64,000 nt of DNA from Rebecca billardiae RCC1528 (GCA_965240325.2 OZ251225.1:1798001-1862000), one strand, 5' to 3'. Numbered from the stretch's first letter, positions 22,401-33,943 are shown. Notes: generated from the sequence alone by a model not told the origin. A program made the numbers and translations.

Positions 22401-25400
22401 GGCGGCGACGGTGGTGGGCTCGGCGGTGGCGACGGTGGCGGGCTCGGCGGGGGGCTTGGTGGCGGCGATGGCGGTGGCGACGGCGGTGGGCTTGGCGGCG
22501 GTGATGGCGGCGGGCTCGGCGGTGGTGACGGCGGTGGGCTCGGCGGCGGGCTCGGCGGCGGTGATGGCGGTGGCGACGGCGGCGGGCTCGGCGGCGGTGA
22601 CGGCGGCGGGCTCGGTGGCGGCGACGGCGGTGGGCTCGGAGGTGGTGATGGTGGTGGGCTCGGCGGCGGGCTCGGTGGCGGGCTCGGCGGTGGCGACGGC
22701 GGTGGACTTGGCGGCGGGCTCGGTGGCGGGCTCGGTGGTGGTGATGGTGGTGGGCTCGGCGGCGGGCTGGGCGGTGGCGATGGCGGCGGGCTCGGTGGAG
22801 GGCTTGGCGGAGGACTGGGTGGTGGCGATGGCGGTGGACTTGGCGGCGGGCTCGGTGGCGGGCTCGGCGGCGGTGATGGCGGCGGGCTTGGCGGCGGGCT
22901 TGGCGGTGGGCTCGGCGGCGGGCTCGGCGGTGGTGATGGTGGCGGGCTGGGCGGCGGGCTGGGCGGCGGGCTTGGCGGCGGCGATGGCGGTGGCGATGGT
23001 GGAGGCGATGGCGGTGGGCTTGGCGGCGGTGACGGTGGCGGGCTCGGCGGCGGGCTCGGCGGCGGGCTCGGCGGCGGGCTCGGCGGTGGTGATGGTGGCG
23101 GGCTGGGCGGCGGGCTTGGTGGCGGGCTGGGTGGCGGCGATGGCGGCGGGCTCGGTGGTGGGCTTGGTGGCGGGCTTGGAGGTGGCGATGGCGGTGGGCT
23201 TGGAGGTGGTGACGGCGGCGGACTCGGTGGCGGGCTTGGCGGCGGCGACGGCGGCGGGCTCGGCGGCGGGCTTGGCGGGGGCGATGGTGGCGGGCTCGGC
23301 GGCGGGCTCGGCGGCGGGCTTGGCGGCGGCGATGGCGGTGGCGATGGTGGTGGGCTCGGCGGCGGGCTCGGCGGTGGGCTTGGGGGTGGCGATGGCGGTG
23401 GCGACGGCGGCGGGCTTGGTGGCGGCGAGGGCGGTGGGCTCGGCGGTGGGCTCGGTGGCGGCGACGGCGGTGGGCTCGGCGGTGGTGACGGTGGGGGGCT
23501 CGGCGGTGGTGACGGTGGGGGGCTTGGTGGGGGGCTTGGTGGCGGCGATGGCGGTGGCGACGGCGGTGGGCTTGGCGGCGGGCTTGGCGGTGGCGACGGC
23601 GGCGGGCTCGGTGGCGGGCTTGGCGGTGGCGATGGCGGCGGGCTCGGCGGCGGGCTCGGCGGCGGGCTCGGCGGTGGCGATGGTGGTGGCGACGGCGGCG
23701 GACTCGGTGGCGGCGACGGCGGCGGGCTCGGCGGCGGGCTTGGTGGCGGGCGTGGCGGCGGGCTCGGCGGCGGCGATGGTGGAGGGCTCGGCGGCGGGCT
23801 CGGCGGCGGGCTCGGTGGCGGGCTCGGTGGCGGGCTAGGCGGTGGGCTTGGCGGCGGGCTCGGCGGTGGGCTCGGTGGAGGGCTTGGGGGTGGCGATGGC
23901 GGAGGACTGGGCGGTGGGCTAGGTGGGGGTGGCGACGGCGGTGGGCTTGGCGGCGGGCTTGGCGGGGGCGACGGTGGCGGGCTTGGTGGCGGGGGCGATG
24001 GTGGTGGTGATGGCGGCGGCGATGGAGGAGGGCTCGGTGGCGGTGAGGGGGGCGGGCTCGGCGGTGGTGACGGTGGAGGACTTGGAGGAGGGCTTGGCGG
24101 TGGTGATGGGGGCGGACTTGGTGGTGGCGATGGCGGCGGGCTGGGAGGCGGAGGAGAAGGAGGCGGACTCGGCGGCGGGCTTGGCGGCGGAGAGGGTGGC
24201 GGTGATGGTGGTGGGCTCGGAGGTGGGCTCGGTGGCGGACTGGGCGGCGGTGATGGCGGCGGTGACGGTGGCGGTGACGGTGGCGGCGATGGTGGTGGGC
24301 TCGGTGGCGGTGATGGCGGCGGGCTCGGCGGCGGGCTCGGCGGCGGCGGGCTCGGAGGTGGCGATGGAGGCGGTGACGGTGGTGGGCTCGGCGGTGGGCT
24401 CGGAGGAGGCGACGGCGGCGGGCTTGGTGGCGGACTGGGTGGCGGTGACGGTGGTGGAGACGGTGGCGGAGACGGTGGCGGCGACGGTGGTGGGCTCGGT
24501 GGCGGTGATGGCGGCGGGCTCGGCGGCGGGCTCGGCGGCGGCGGGCTTGGAGGTGGCGATGGAGGCGGTGACGGTGGTGGGCTCGGCGGTGGGCTCGGAG
24601 GAGGCGACGGCGGCGGGCTTGGTGGCGGACTGGGTGGCGGTGACGGTGGCGGAGACGGTGGCGGAGACGGTGGCGGCGACGGTGGTGGGCTCGGTGGCGG
24701 TGATGGCGGCGGGCTCGGCGGCGGGCTCGGCGGCGGCGGGCTCGGAGGTGGCGATGGAGGCGGTGACGGTGGTGGGCTCGGCGGTGGGCTCGGAGGAGGC
24801 GACGGCGGCGGGCTTGGTGGCGGACTGGGTGGCGGTGACGGTGGCGGAGACGGTGGCGGTGACGGTGGCGGCGACGGTGGTGGGCTCGGTGGCGGTGATG
24901 GCGGCGGGCTCGGCGGCGGGCTCGGTGGCGGCGGGCTTGGAGGTGGCGATGGAGGCGGTGACGGTGGTGGGCTCGGCGGTGGGCTCGGAGGAGGCGACGG
25001 CGGCGGGCTTGGTGGCGGACTGGGTGGCGGTGACGGTGGCGGAGACGGTGGTGGAGACGGTGGTGGTGATGGTGGTGGGCTCGGTGGCGGTGATGGCGGC
25101 GGGCTCGGCGGCGGACTCGGAGGTGGCGGGCTCGGAGGTGGTGACGGAGGCGGTGACGGTGGTGGGCTCGGCGGTGGGCTCGGAGGAGGCGACGGCGGCG
25201 GGCTTGGTGGCGGACTGGGTGGCGGTGACGGTGGCGGAGACGGTGGCGGAGACGGTGGCGGCGACGGTGGTGGGCTCGGTGGCGGTGATGGCGGCGGGCT
25301 CGGCGGCGGGCTCGGCGGCGGCGGGCTCGGAGGTGGCGATGGAGGCGGTGACGGTGGTGGGCTCGGCGGTGGGCTCGGAGGAGGCGACGGCGGCGGGCTT

Positions 25401-28400
25401 GGTGGCGGACTGGGTGGCGGTGACGGTGGCGGAGACGGTGGCGGAGACGGTGGCGGCGACGGTGGTGGGCTCGGTGGCGGTGATGGCGGCGGGCTCGGCG
25501 GCGGGCTCGGCGGCGGCGGGCTCGGAGGTGGCGATGGAGGCGGTGACGGTGGTGGGCTCGGCGGTGGGCTCGGAGGAGGCGACGGCGGCGGGCTTGGTGG
25601 CGGACTGGGTGGCGGTGACGGTGGCGGAGACGGTGGCGGAGACGGTGGCGGCGACGGTGGTGGGCTCGGTGGCGGTGATGGCGGCGGGCTCGGCGGCGGG
25701 CTCGGTGGCGGCGGGCTTGGAGGTGGCGATGGAGGCGGTGACGGTGGTGGGCTCGGCGGTGGGCTCGGAGGAGGCGACGGCGGCGGGCTTGGTGGCGGAC
25801 TGGGTGGCGGTGACGGTGGCGGAGACGGTGGTGGAGACGGTGGTGGCGATGGTGGTGGGCTCGGTGGCGGTGATGGCGGCGGGCTCGGCGGCGGACTCGG
25901 AGGTGGCGGGCTCGGAGGTGGTGACGGAGGCGGTGACGGCGGTGGGCTCGGCGGTGGGCTCGGAGGAGGCGACGGCGGCGGGCTTGGTGGCGGGCTGGGT
26001 GGCGGTGACGGTGGCGGAGACGGTGGCGGCGACGGCGGTGGAGACGGTGGTGGGCTCGGCGGCGGCGACGGCGGAGGACTCGGCGGCGGACTCGGAGGCG
26101 GCGGGCTGGGCGGCGGGCTTGGCGGCGGACTCGGTGGTGGAGATGGCGGCGGTGACGGTGGCGGCGAGGGCGGTGGGCTCGGCGGCGGCGAGGGCGGTGG
26201 CGAGGGCGGGGGACTTGGTGGAGGACTCGGCGGCGGGCTAGGCGGTGGCGACGGTGGCGGGCTGGGAGGCGGCGACGGTGGTGGACTTGGGGGTGGCGGC
26301 GATGGCGGTGGGCTTGGCGGTGGGCTTGGTGGTGGAGATGGTGGCGGTGACGGCGGCGGCGACGGTGGCGGTGACGGTGGTGGCGACGGTGGCGGGGAAG
26401 GAGGCGGGCTGGGCGGCGGGCTCGGCGGTGGACTCGGCGGTGGGCTCGGTGGTGGGCTCGGCGGAGGTGACGGAGGCGGGCTTGGAGGTGGTGGGGATGG
26501 TGGCGGACTCGGCGGCGGGCTCGGCGGTGGGCTTGGTGGCGGCGATGGCGGCGGGCTCGGCGGCGGGCTCGGCGGTGGGCTCGGCGGTGGGCTCGGCGGC
26601 GGGCTCGGCGGCGGGCTCGGCGGCGGGCTCGGTGGCGGCGATGGCGGTGGGCTCGGGGGCGGGCTCGGTGGTGGGCTCGGCGGAGGAGGTGAAGGTGGTG
26701 GGCTCGGTGGGGGACTTGGCGGTGGGGATGGTGGCGGCGATGGCGGCGGGCTTGGTGGCGGGCTTGGCGGTGGGCTTGGTGGCGGCGATGGCGGCGGACT
26801 CGGCGGTGGGCTCGGCGGTGGGCTTGGGGGCGGCGAGGGCGGCGGGCTTGGCGGCGGGCTGGGAGGTGGACTTGGCGGTGGCGGCGACGGCGGCGGGCTT
26901 GGCGGCGGTGACGGCGGCGGTGACGGCGGCGGCGATGGCGGCGGACTGGGTGGTGGACTTGGCGGTGGGCTTGGCGGTGGCGATGGCGGTGGGCTCGGCG
27001 GTGGGCTCGGCGGCGGGCTCGGTGGCGGCGATGGCGGTGGGCTGGGTGGCGGGCTTGGAGGTGGGCTTGGCGGTGGCGGCGACGGCGGCGGGCTTGGTGG
27101 TGGGCTTGGCGGCGGTGACGGCGGTGGCGATGGCGGCGGCGACGGCGGCGGGCTGGGTGGTGGGCTGGGTGGTGGGCTGGGTGGTGGGCTTGGCGGTGGG
27201 CTCGGCGGCGGGCTCGGCGGCGGGTTCGGCGGCGGCGATGGCGGCGGGCTCGGTGGCGGGCTTGGCGGAGGCGGTGAAGGTGGCGGGCTCGGCGGTGGGC
27301 TCGGCGGCGGGCTGGGCGGCGGGCTGGGCGGCGGGCTCGGCGGCGGGCTCGGCGGCGGGCTCGGCGGCGGGCTCGGCGGCGGGCTCGGCGGCGGGCTCGG
27401 TGGCGGGCTCGGTGGCGGGCTTGGCGGTGGGCTCGGCGGTGGGCTCGGCGGCGGGCTCGGCGGAGGTGGCGACGGCGGTGGACTGGGCGGTGGGCTCGGT
27501 GGCGGCGAAGGTGGCGGCGATGGCGGCGGGCTCGGCGGCGGGCTCGGCGGCGGGCTCGGCGGCGGGCTCGGCGGTGGCGATGGCGGGGGGCTCGGCGGCG
27601 GGCTTGGCGGGGGCGGCGATGGCGGCGGGCTTGGTGGCGGGCTTGGCGGCGGCGACGGAGGCGGGCTCGGCGGCGGGCTTGGCGGCGGGCTCGGCGGTGG
27701 CGACGGCGGAGGGCTCGGCGGCGGGCTGGGCGGCGGACTCGGAGGTGGACTTGGCGGAGGTGGTGACGGCGGTGGACTGGGCGGCGGGCTGGGGGGCGGG
27801 CTGGGCGGCGGGCTGGGCGGCGGGCTGGGCGGCGGGCTCGGCGGCGGGCTTGGTGGCGGGCTCGGCGGCGGGCTCGGCGGTGGGGATGGCGGCGGGCTCG
27901 GCGGCGGGCTCGGCGGCGGGCTTGGCGGTGGGCTCGGCGGCGGACTTGGCGGGGGCGGTGATGGCGGAGGGCTTGGTGGCGGGCTTGGCGGCGGCGATGG
28001 CGGCGGGCTCGGCGGCGGGCTCGGCGGCGGACTCGGCGGAGGTGACGGCGGAGGGCTTGGTGGAGGGCTTGGCGGTGGGCTTGGCGGTGGGCTCGGCGGA
28101 GGTGGCGACGGCGGTGGACTGGGCGGTGGGCTCGGTGGCGGCGAAGGCGGTGGCGATGGCGGCGGGCTCGGCGGCGGGCTCGGTGGTGGGCTTGGTGGCG
28201 GGCTGGGCGGTGGCGATGGCGGGGGGCTCGGCGGCGGGCTGGGCGGGGGTGGCGATGGCGGCGGGCTTGGCGGCGGGCTTGGCGGTGGTGATGGCGGTGG
28301 GCTCGGCGGCGGGCTTGGTGGCGGGCTCGGCGGAGGCGACGGCGGAGGGCTCGGCGGCGGGCTCGGCGGTGGGCTTGGCGGTGGACTCGGCGGAGGTGGT

Positions 28401-31243
28401 GACGGCGGTGGACTGGGCGGCGGGCTCGGCGGCGGCGAAGGCGGCGGGCTCGGTGGCGGGCTCGGCGGCGGGCTCGGTGGTGGACTTGGCGGCGGGCTCG
28501 GCGGGGGCGATGGCGGGGGGCTCGGCGGCGGGCTTGGCGGCGGCGGCGAAGGTGGCGGGCTTGGCGGCGGGCTTGGCGGCGGCGATGGAGGCGGGCTCGG
28601 CGGCGGGCTTGGTGGCGGGCTCGGCGGGGGGCTTGGTGGCGGGCTCGGCGGTGGCGATGGCGGAGGGCTTGGCGGCGGACTCGGCGGTGGCGGTGACGGC
28701 GGTGGACTGGGCGGCGGGCTCGGCGGCGGCGAAGGTGGCGGCGACGGCGGCGGGCTCGGCGGCGGGCTCGGCGGCGGGCTCGGAGGTGGTGAGGGTGGTG
28801 GGCTTGGTGGCGGGCTCGGCGGTGGGCTCGGCGGTGGGCTTGGCGGTGGGCTCGGCGGCGGGCTGGGAGGAGGACTTGGTGGAGGAGGGGACGGCGGCGG
28901 GCTCGGTGGCGGGCTGGGCGGTGGCGAAGGCGGAGGAGAAGGCGGTGGGCTGGGCGGAGGAGATGGCGGCGGGCTCGGTGGCGGACTTGGCGGCGGTGGG
29001 CTCGGCGGCGGGCTCGGCGGCGGGCTTGGCGGGGGTGATGGCGGTGGAGAAGGGGGCGGAGAAGGCGGCGGCGAAGGCGGCGGGCTTGGGGGCGGAGAAG
29101 GCGGCGGCGGGCTCGGCGGCGGGCTCGGCGGCGGGCTGGGCGGAGGCGACGGAGGAGGGCTAGGCGGCGGGCTCGGCGGCGGGCTCGGCGGTGGTGAGGG
29201 CGGTGGGGAAGGCGGCGGAGAAGGCGGCGGAGAAGGCGGTGGGCTGGGCGGTGGTGAGGGCGGGGGAGGGCTCGGCGGCGGGCTGGGCGGCGGGCTAGGC
29301 GGTGGCGACGGAGGAGGGCTCGGCGGCGGGCTCGGCGGCGGGCTCGGCGGCGGGCTCGGCGGCGGGCTTGGTGGCGGCGGGCTCGGTGGCGGCGAAGGTG
29401 GCGGGCTTGGTGGCGGGCTTGGCGGCGGGCTTGGCGGTGGTGACGGCGGCGGACTCGGTGGTGGCGAAGGCGGTGGGCTGGGCGGCGGGCTGGGCGGCGG
29501 GCTGGGCGGCGGGCTGGGCGGCGGGCTGGGCGGTGGCGGGCTCGGCGGAGGAGATGGTGGCGGGCTCGGCGGTGGCGATGGTGGCGGGCTCGGCGGCGGG
29601 CTTGGCGGCGGGCTCGGTGGCGGAGACGGCGGTGGACTCGGCGGCGGTGGCGATGGCGGCGGACTCGGTGGCGGGCTGGGTGGCGGCGAGGGAGGCGGGC
29701 TCGGCGGTGGCGACGGCGGTGGGCTCGGCGGCGGCGACGGCGGCGGGCTGGGCGGCGGGCTGGGCGGCGGGCTGGGCGGCGGGCTGGGAGGAGGACTTGG
29801 CGGCGGCGGGCTGGGCGGCGGGCTGGGTGGCGGGCTTGGGGGCGGCGAAGGAGGCGGGCTCGGTGGTGGTGATGGCGGCGGGCTCGGCGGAGGCGACGGC
29901 GGCGGGCTGGGCGGCGGGCTCGGCGGCGGGCTCGGCGGCGGGCTCGGTGGCGGGCTCGGTGGCGGCGGGCTTGGTGGTGGGCTCGGCGGCGGGCTCGGTG
30001 GTGGTGAGGGAGGTGGGCTGGGCGGCGGGCTCGGGGGCGGGCTTGGTGGGGGCGAAGGCGGCGGGCTCGGCGGTGGAGACGGTGGAGGGCTCGGTGGTGG
30101 CGAAGGCGGCGGGCTCGGAGGCGGGGGGCTCGGCGGCGGGCTGGGTGGGGGCGACGGAGGCGGGCTCGGCGGTGGGCTCGGAGGCGGGCTCGGCGGTGGG
30201 CTTGGCGGTGGCGACGGCGGCGGGCTCGGCGGTGGCGAAGGTGGCGGGCTCGGTGGCGGGCTTGGCGGCGGCGACGGGGGCGGCGGGCTTGGCGGCGGGC
30301 TCGGCGGCGGGCTCGGTGGTGGTGAGGGAGGTGGGCTGGGCGGCGGGCTGGGCGGCGGGCTCGGCGGCGGGCTCGGCGGTGGGCTCGGCGGCGGCGAGGG
30401 CGGCGGGCTCGGCGGCGGGCTGGGCGGCGGGCTCGGAGGGGGTGGGCTGGGTGGTGGGCTGGGCGGCGGGCTCGGTGGCGGCGATGGCGGCGGGCTGGGT
30501 GGCGGGCTGGGCGGCGGGCTGGGCGGCGGGCTCGGTGGCGGGCTCGGTGGCGGCGGGCTGGGCGGCGGGCTCGGCGGCGGGCTCGGTGGCGGTGAGGGGG
30601 GTGGACTTGGCGGAGGAGACGGGGGTGGGCTTGGCGGGGGCGATGGCGGCGGGCTTGGCGGAGGCGATGGCGGCGGGCTCGGCGGCGGGCTCGGCGGCGG
30701 GCTCGGCGGCGGCGGGCTCGGCGGCGGGCTCGGCGGCGGGCTCGGCGGCGGGCTCGGCGGCGGGCTCGGCGGTGGCGACGGGGGCGGGCTCGGCGGCGGG
30801 CTCGGCGGCGGGCTCGGCGGTGGCGGGCTTGGCGGCGGGCTCGGCGGCGGGCTAGGCGGCGGGCTCGGCGGTGGCGACGGGGGCGGGCTCGGCGGTGGGC
30901 TCGGCGGCGGGCTCGGCGGTGGAGACGGGGGCGGGCTCGGCGGCGGGCTCGGCGGCGGGCTTGGAGGTGGCGGGCTCGGCGGCGGGCTCGGCGGCGGGCT
31001 CGGCGGTGGCGACGGGGGCGGGCTCGGTGGCGGGCTCGGCGGCGGGCTCGGTGGCGGGCTTGGTGGCGGGCTTGGCGGTGGTGTCGGCGGCGGCGGCGAC
31101 GGCGGCGGCGACGGCGGCGGCGACGGCGGCGGGGACGGCGGCGGCGACGGCGGTGGCGATGGTGCCTGGGCCCGAACCCCAGCCGCAGCTGCGAGCACGA
31201 GAAGAGTGCGAAGGAGTACCCGCCCGCCTACAGAGCGGGCCAT
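7469..31243 (-). CDS. Giant extensin-rod / IPT / REJ / GAIN-GPS / five-TM polycystin-1-like receptor, ~7796 aa; exons 31243-8610, 8473-7936, 7809-7693, 7570-7469
   Basis: Signal peptide MARSVGGRVLLRTLLVLAAAAGVRA. REJ motifs (LVIDASASYDPND; VNRAPFGG..TTRFELEANGWTD..LPLTYRF), EGF (CSGNGQCVEGGCVCDNGWMGLAC) and GPS (CAFWD..W..GV..CTTSHLTDFA). Three phase-compatible GT-AG introns join the ORF to TM4/TM5 (AWGISTAETFVLLEPF). Confidence 0.88.
15030..17870 (-). repeat. Nine tandem ~95-120 aa protein repeats (G.GV..GD...W/F....C...GG......F.F.....LCY.F) within the giant gene
   Basis: Repeat-ending motifs RVCHK, LCFRF, LCYGF, LCYKF, LCYQF, LCYRF, LCYSF, LCYSF and LCYQF at regular spacing. Confidence 0.85.
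17873..31165 (-). repeat. Coding (Ser-Pro3)n / Ser-Pro4 array, ~13.3 kb, ~4430 codons
   Basis: 12-bp periodic array with heavy synonymous variation and an open frame throughout. Confidence 0.97.
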
Positions 31244-31971
31244 CCTGTCGCTCTGCGACCTCAAGGCCTTCCGCGCTCGTGCGCGGGGCAGGTGGCGAGC
31301 GGCTGGTCTGTTATCTCCCGGCTCGGCGCACGGAGGCAACCTCGCGCGTGGCGCTCGCAGGCCCAAGAATAGCTGCGGCCCGCCGACGCGGCTGAAACCG
31401 CGGCGATGCCTACTTTACCGTACGAAAACAGGGGCAACTCATGGCACAAAGGGGCGACCTCAGCGCTGATTGGCCCGCAGGTCACCCACACCATGTCCGT
31501 GAGTTTGGTGGCCTGCAGGATTCTAACCGCGATCACGATACAATCTCCATGGCTTGACCCGCCGCCGCCACCCGGAACGATAACTGACCCGTCCCGGCCG
31601 CCTGCAGCCAATCGAATATGACGAAGGTGAAACAGGGGTGAAAGGTGCTTCCCTCGTCACCCCCAGGCCATACGCCGATAGCAATCACAGCTGTCAGCTT
31701 GTATCATTCTACCCCGCTGTGTACTTATTTATCGGCCTGTGGCAGTTCAAACCGTCGCTCCATTATTCACCTTCTCTCGATCCCGATCGGGGTACGTGCC
31801 TCCGAGCGCGGGGCGGCCGCTTGCTGCAATGGCCGCCTTGATGAGGTGCGGCCATTGGTGCGGCAACGCGCCCCTCACCTGCCTGCGCCGGTCTGTTTTC
31901 ACAGTTTTGTGGCGGATTCCTTTGGTGGCGGTGTCTTTGTGCAGTGTTGGATGGCGTCAATCACGCCTTAA

Positions 31972-32033
31972 CCAAGTGTGCACGTTAAAACGTAGTATTT
32001 AAACTGTAGCACGTTAAATCATAGTAAACTGTA
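31972..32033. mobile_element. Two tandem family-A terminal relics ending AAACTG|TA
   Basis: CCAAGTGTGCACGTTAAAACGTAGTATTTAAACTGTA followed by GCACGTTAAATCATAGTAAACTGTA; matches 4424-4475. Confidence 0.55.
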
Positions 32034-32051
32034 ATGGCCGCCGCTGGAGAG

Positions 32052-32080
32052 CAAGGGCCGTAGCTTGAGTACGGCCCTTG
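32052..32080. repeat. CAAGGGCCGTA inverted pair (11-bp arms, 7-bp spacer) between 9-bp near-direct repeats
   Basis: gctggagag CAAGGGCCGTA gcttgag TACGGCCCTTG gcttgagag. Confidence 0.7.
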
Positions 32081-32185
32081 GCTTGAGAGTGAGTGATTAC
32101 TTTATTACGCCGGCCGTGACGTGACGGACGGCCCTTGCGGTCACTTGGCAGTGGGGCCTGATAGTACCCCCATCCCGATACAATC

Positions 32186-32231
32186 CTCGCCTGCCTGAGC
32201 TGTGTGCGTCTCTTATTCTTAGTAAACTGTA
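32186..32231 (-). repeat. Dispersed motif family B copy 1
   Basis: Reverse complement TACAGTTTACTAAGAATAAGAGACGCACACAGCTCAGGCAGGCGAG; ends 8 bp before the MFS ATG. Confidence 0.9.
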
Positions 32232-32239
32232 CGATCAGG

Positions 32240-33943
32240 ATGGCTGACAAACCGCCCCGCCCGCGTTGCGGTCCGCACGTAGTGCTGCACGCGTGCGCAG
32301 CGGTCGATGCCGCGGACGCCGCAGTGCTTTACGCAGCTTTTCGCGCGCTCGAGGCGTCCTCGATCGGCGTGGGGCCATCCACAATGGGCACGCTTGCGCT
32401 CGCACAGTCGATGGCGATGGCGGCGGCTGCGCCCGTGTGGGGTGTGCTCGCAGACATGTGCCCGCGCCGCGCGGTCCTCACCGCAGGCATCGCCTCCTGG
32501 GCCGCCACCTCGTGGCTCACCGCGAGCTCGACGTCCCTTGCCATGCTCGTCACCTCGCGCGCCCTCAGCGGCGTCGGTCTTGCCATCATTGGTCCGTTCT
32601 CCTTTGCGATTCTGGCTGAGCTCCACGAGTCGGACGCGCGCGGCGGCGCGTACGGCTGGCTCGCGCTGAGCGCGACGGCCGGCTCGGCGTTCGGCTCGAC
32701 AGTCACCACGCTCATCGCCTCGCGCACGCTGCCCGGCGCCGTGGAGGGCTGGCGCGCCGCGTTTGCGCTGATGGGTCTTCTCGCGCTGCAGCTGGTGCCC
32801 GTGGCTGGCTTGCTGCTGCCGCAGCTCCCGCCGCCGCGGCACGTGGCGGAGCGCGCAGTGGCAGGCGGGGCGGCGGGCGGGTCGGCCGAGCGCCACGACT
32901 CCCGCACCACGCTCGCCGCGTGCTTGCCCCGCTGCGCGCTCCGCGTGGAGAGCGCGCGCGAGCTCGCAGCGCTGGTGACGACCAACCGCACGCTGATGCT
33001 GATCACGCTGCAGGGGCTTCTGGGTAAGATCCCTTGGCAGGTCTTTGGCTTCCTCACGCTGTGGCTGCAGTACTCCGGGCTGCCCGACGTGTACGCCGCG
33101 CTCGTGCCCAACGCGTTCCACCTCGGCGTCGCGCTCGGCAGCGCGCTCGGCGGCGTCGCATCCGACGTCGCCCACCGGCGCAGCGCAGCACACGGCCGTG
33201 TGTTTGTCGTCCAGTTTGCGGACCTCGTCAGGCTGCCACTCGCACTCGGGCTGTTCGCGCGCGGCGCGGGGACGGGCGTCGACGCGGGCGCGGGGCTGGC
33301 GCAGCTCTCCGCGCTGCTGCTCGCGCTCGGCCTCTTCGCCCCGTGGGTCGGCATCGCCAACAAGGCGATCCTCGCCGACACGTGCCCCGCCCGCGCGCGC
33401 GCCTCGACCATTGGCTTCAACGCAGCGCTCGAAGGCATCTTCAGCGCGCTCGTCGGCGGCCCGGCCGTTGGGCTGCTCGCCGAGCGGGTCTTCGGGTACG
33501 AGCAGCCAACGCACGGGCTGGCCATCGCGCAGATGGAGCCGGCGCTCCGGCAGCGCAACGCGCGTGCGCTCGGCCGCAGCCTGCTCGTGCTCACCATCGT
33601 GCCGTGGAGCGCGTGTCTCCTCATCTACACGTGCGTGCACTGGACGTTTGCCGCAGACGTTCAGCGCGCGCGCGCCGCGGAGCACCTGGGCGTCGCGCTC
33701 GGGGCGCCGAGCCTCGGCGGTGCGGAGCCGGGGTGCTTGGGGCCGGGCGATGAGGCCTGCGCCCACGCCGTTGAGCGCGTGCCGCTCCTGGCAGCCACGG
33801 CCTGCGGCGGGGAGGCCAGCCCACAGGGCCTGCGCCATCCGGCCGCAGCGGCGGCGGTCGTCTCAAGCCCGAGCTTGTCAACCGGCCGGCGGAGTGGCAG
33901 CGCGCGAGCCAGGTGCGCGGAATCGGCGGGCACTACTGCGTGA
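32240..33943 (+). CDS. Major facilitator superfamily transporter (spinster-like)
   Basis: About 12 hydrophobic helices; MFS motif A (WGVLADMCPRR; GGVASDVAHRR), RALSGVG and RGGAYG. ATG at 32240. Confidence 0.9.
   Translation: MADKPPRPRCGPHVVLHACAAVDAADAAVLYAAFRALEASSIGVGPSTMGTLALAQSMAMAAAAPVWGVLADMCPRRAVLTAGIASWAATSWLTASSTSLAMLVTSRALSGVGLAIIGPFSFAILAELHESDARGGAYGWLALSATAGSAFGSTVTTLIASRTLPGAVEGWRAAFALMGLLALQLVPVAGLLLPQLPPPRHVAERAVAGGAAGGSAERHDSRTTLAACLPRCALRVESARELAALVTTNRTLMLITLQGLLGKIPWQVFGFLTLWLQYSGLPDVYAALVPNAFHLGVALGSALGGVASDVAHRRSAAHGRVFVVQFADLVRLPLALGLFARGAGTGVDAGAGLAQLSALLLALGLFAPWVGIANKAILADTCPARARASTIGFNAALEGIFSALVGGPAVGLLAERVFGYEQPTHGLAIAQMEPALRQRNARALGRSLLVLTIVPWSACLLIYTCVHWTFAADVQRARAAEHLGVALGAPSLGGAEPGCLGPGDEACAHAVERVPLLAATACGGEASPQGLRHPAAAAAVVSSPSLSTGRRSGSARARCAESAGTTA

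Noticed and set aside
31244-31366. Annotated ORF start at 31366
   Set aside because: It is a non-ATG start. The ATG at 31243 directly precedes a convincing signal peptide.
18259-31395. Long plus-strand Ala/Gly/Ser/Val ORFs
   Set aside because: They are antisense shadows of the SP3 array, broken by stops; only the minus frame stays open throughout.
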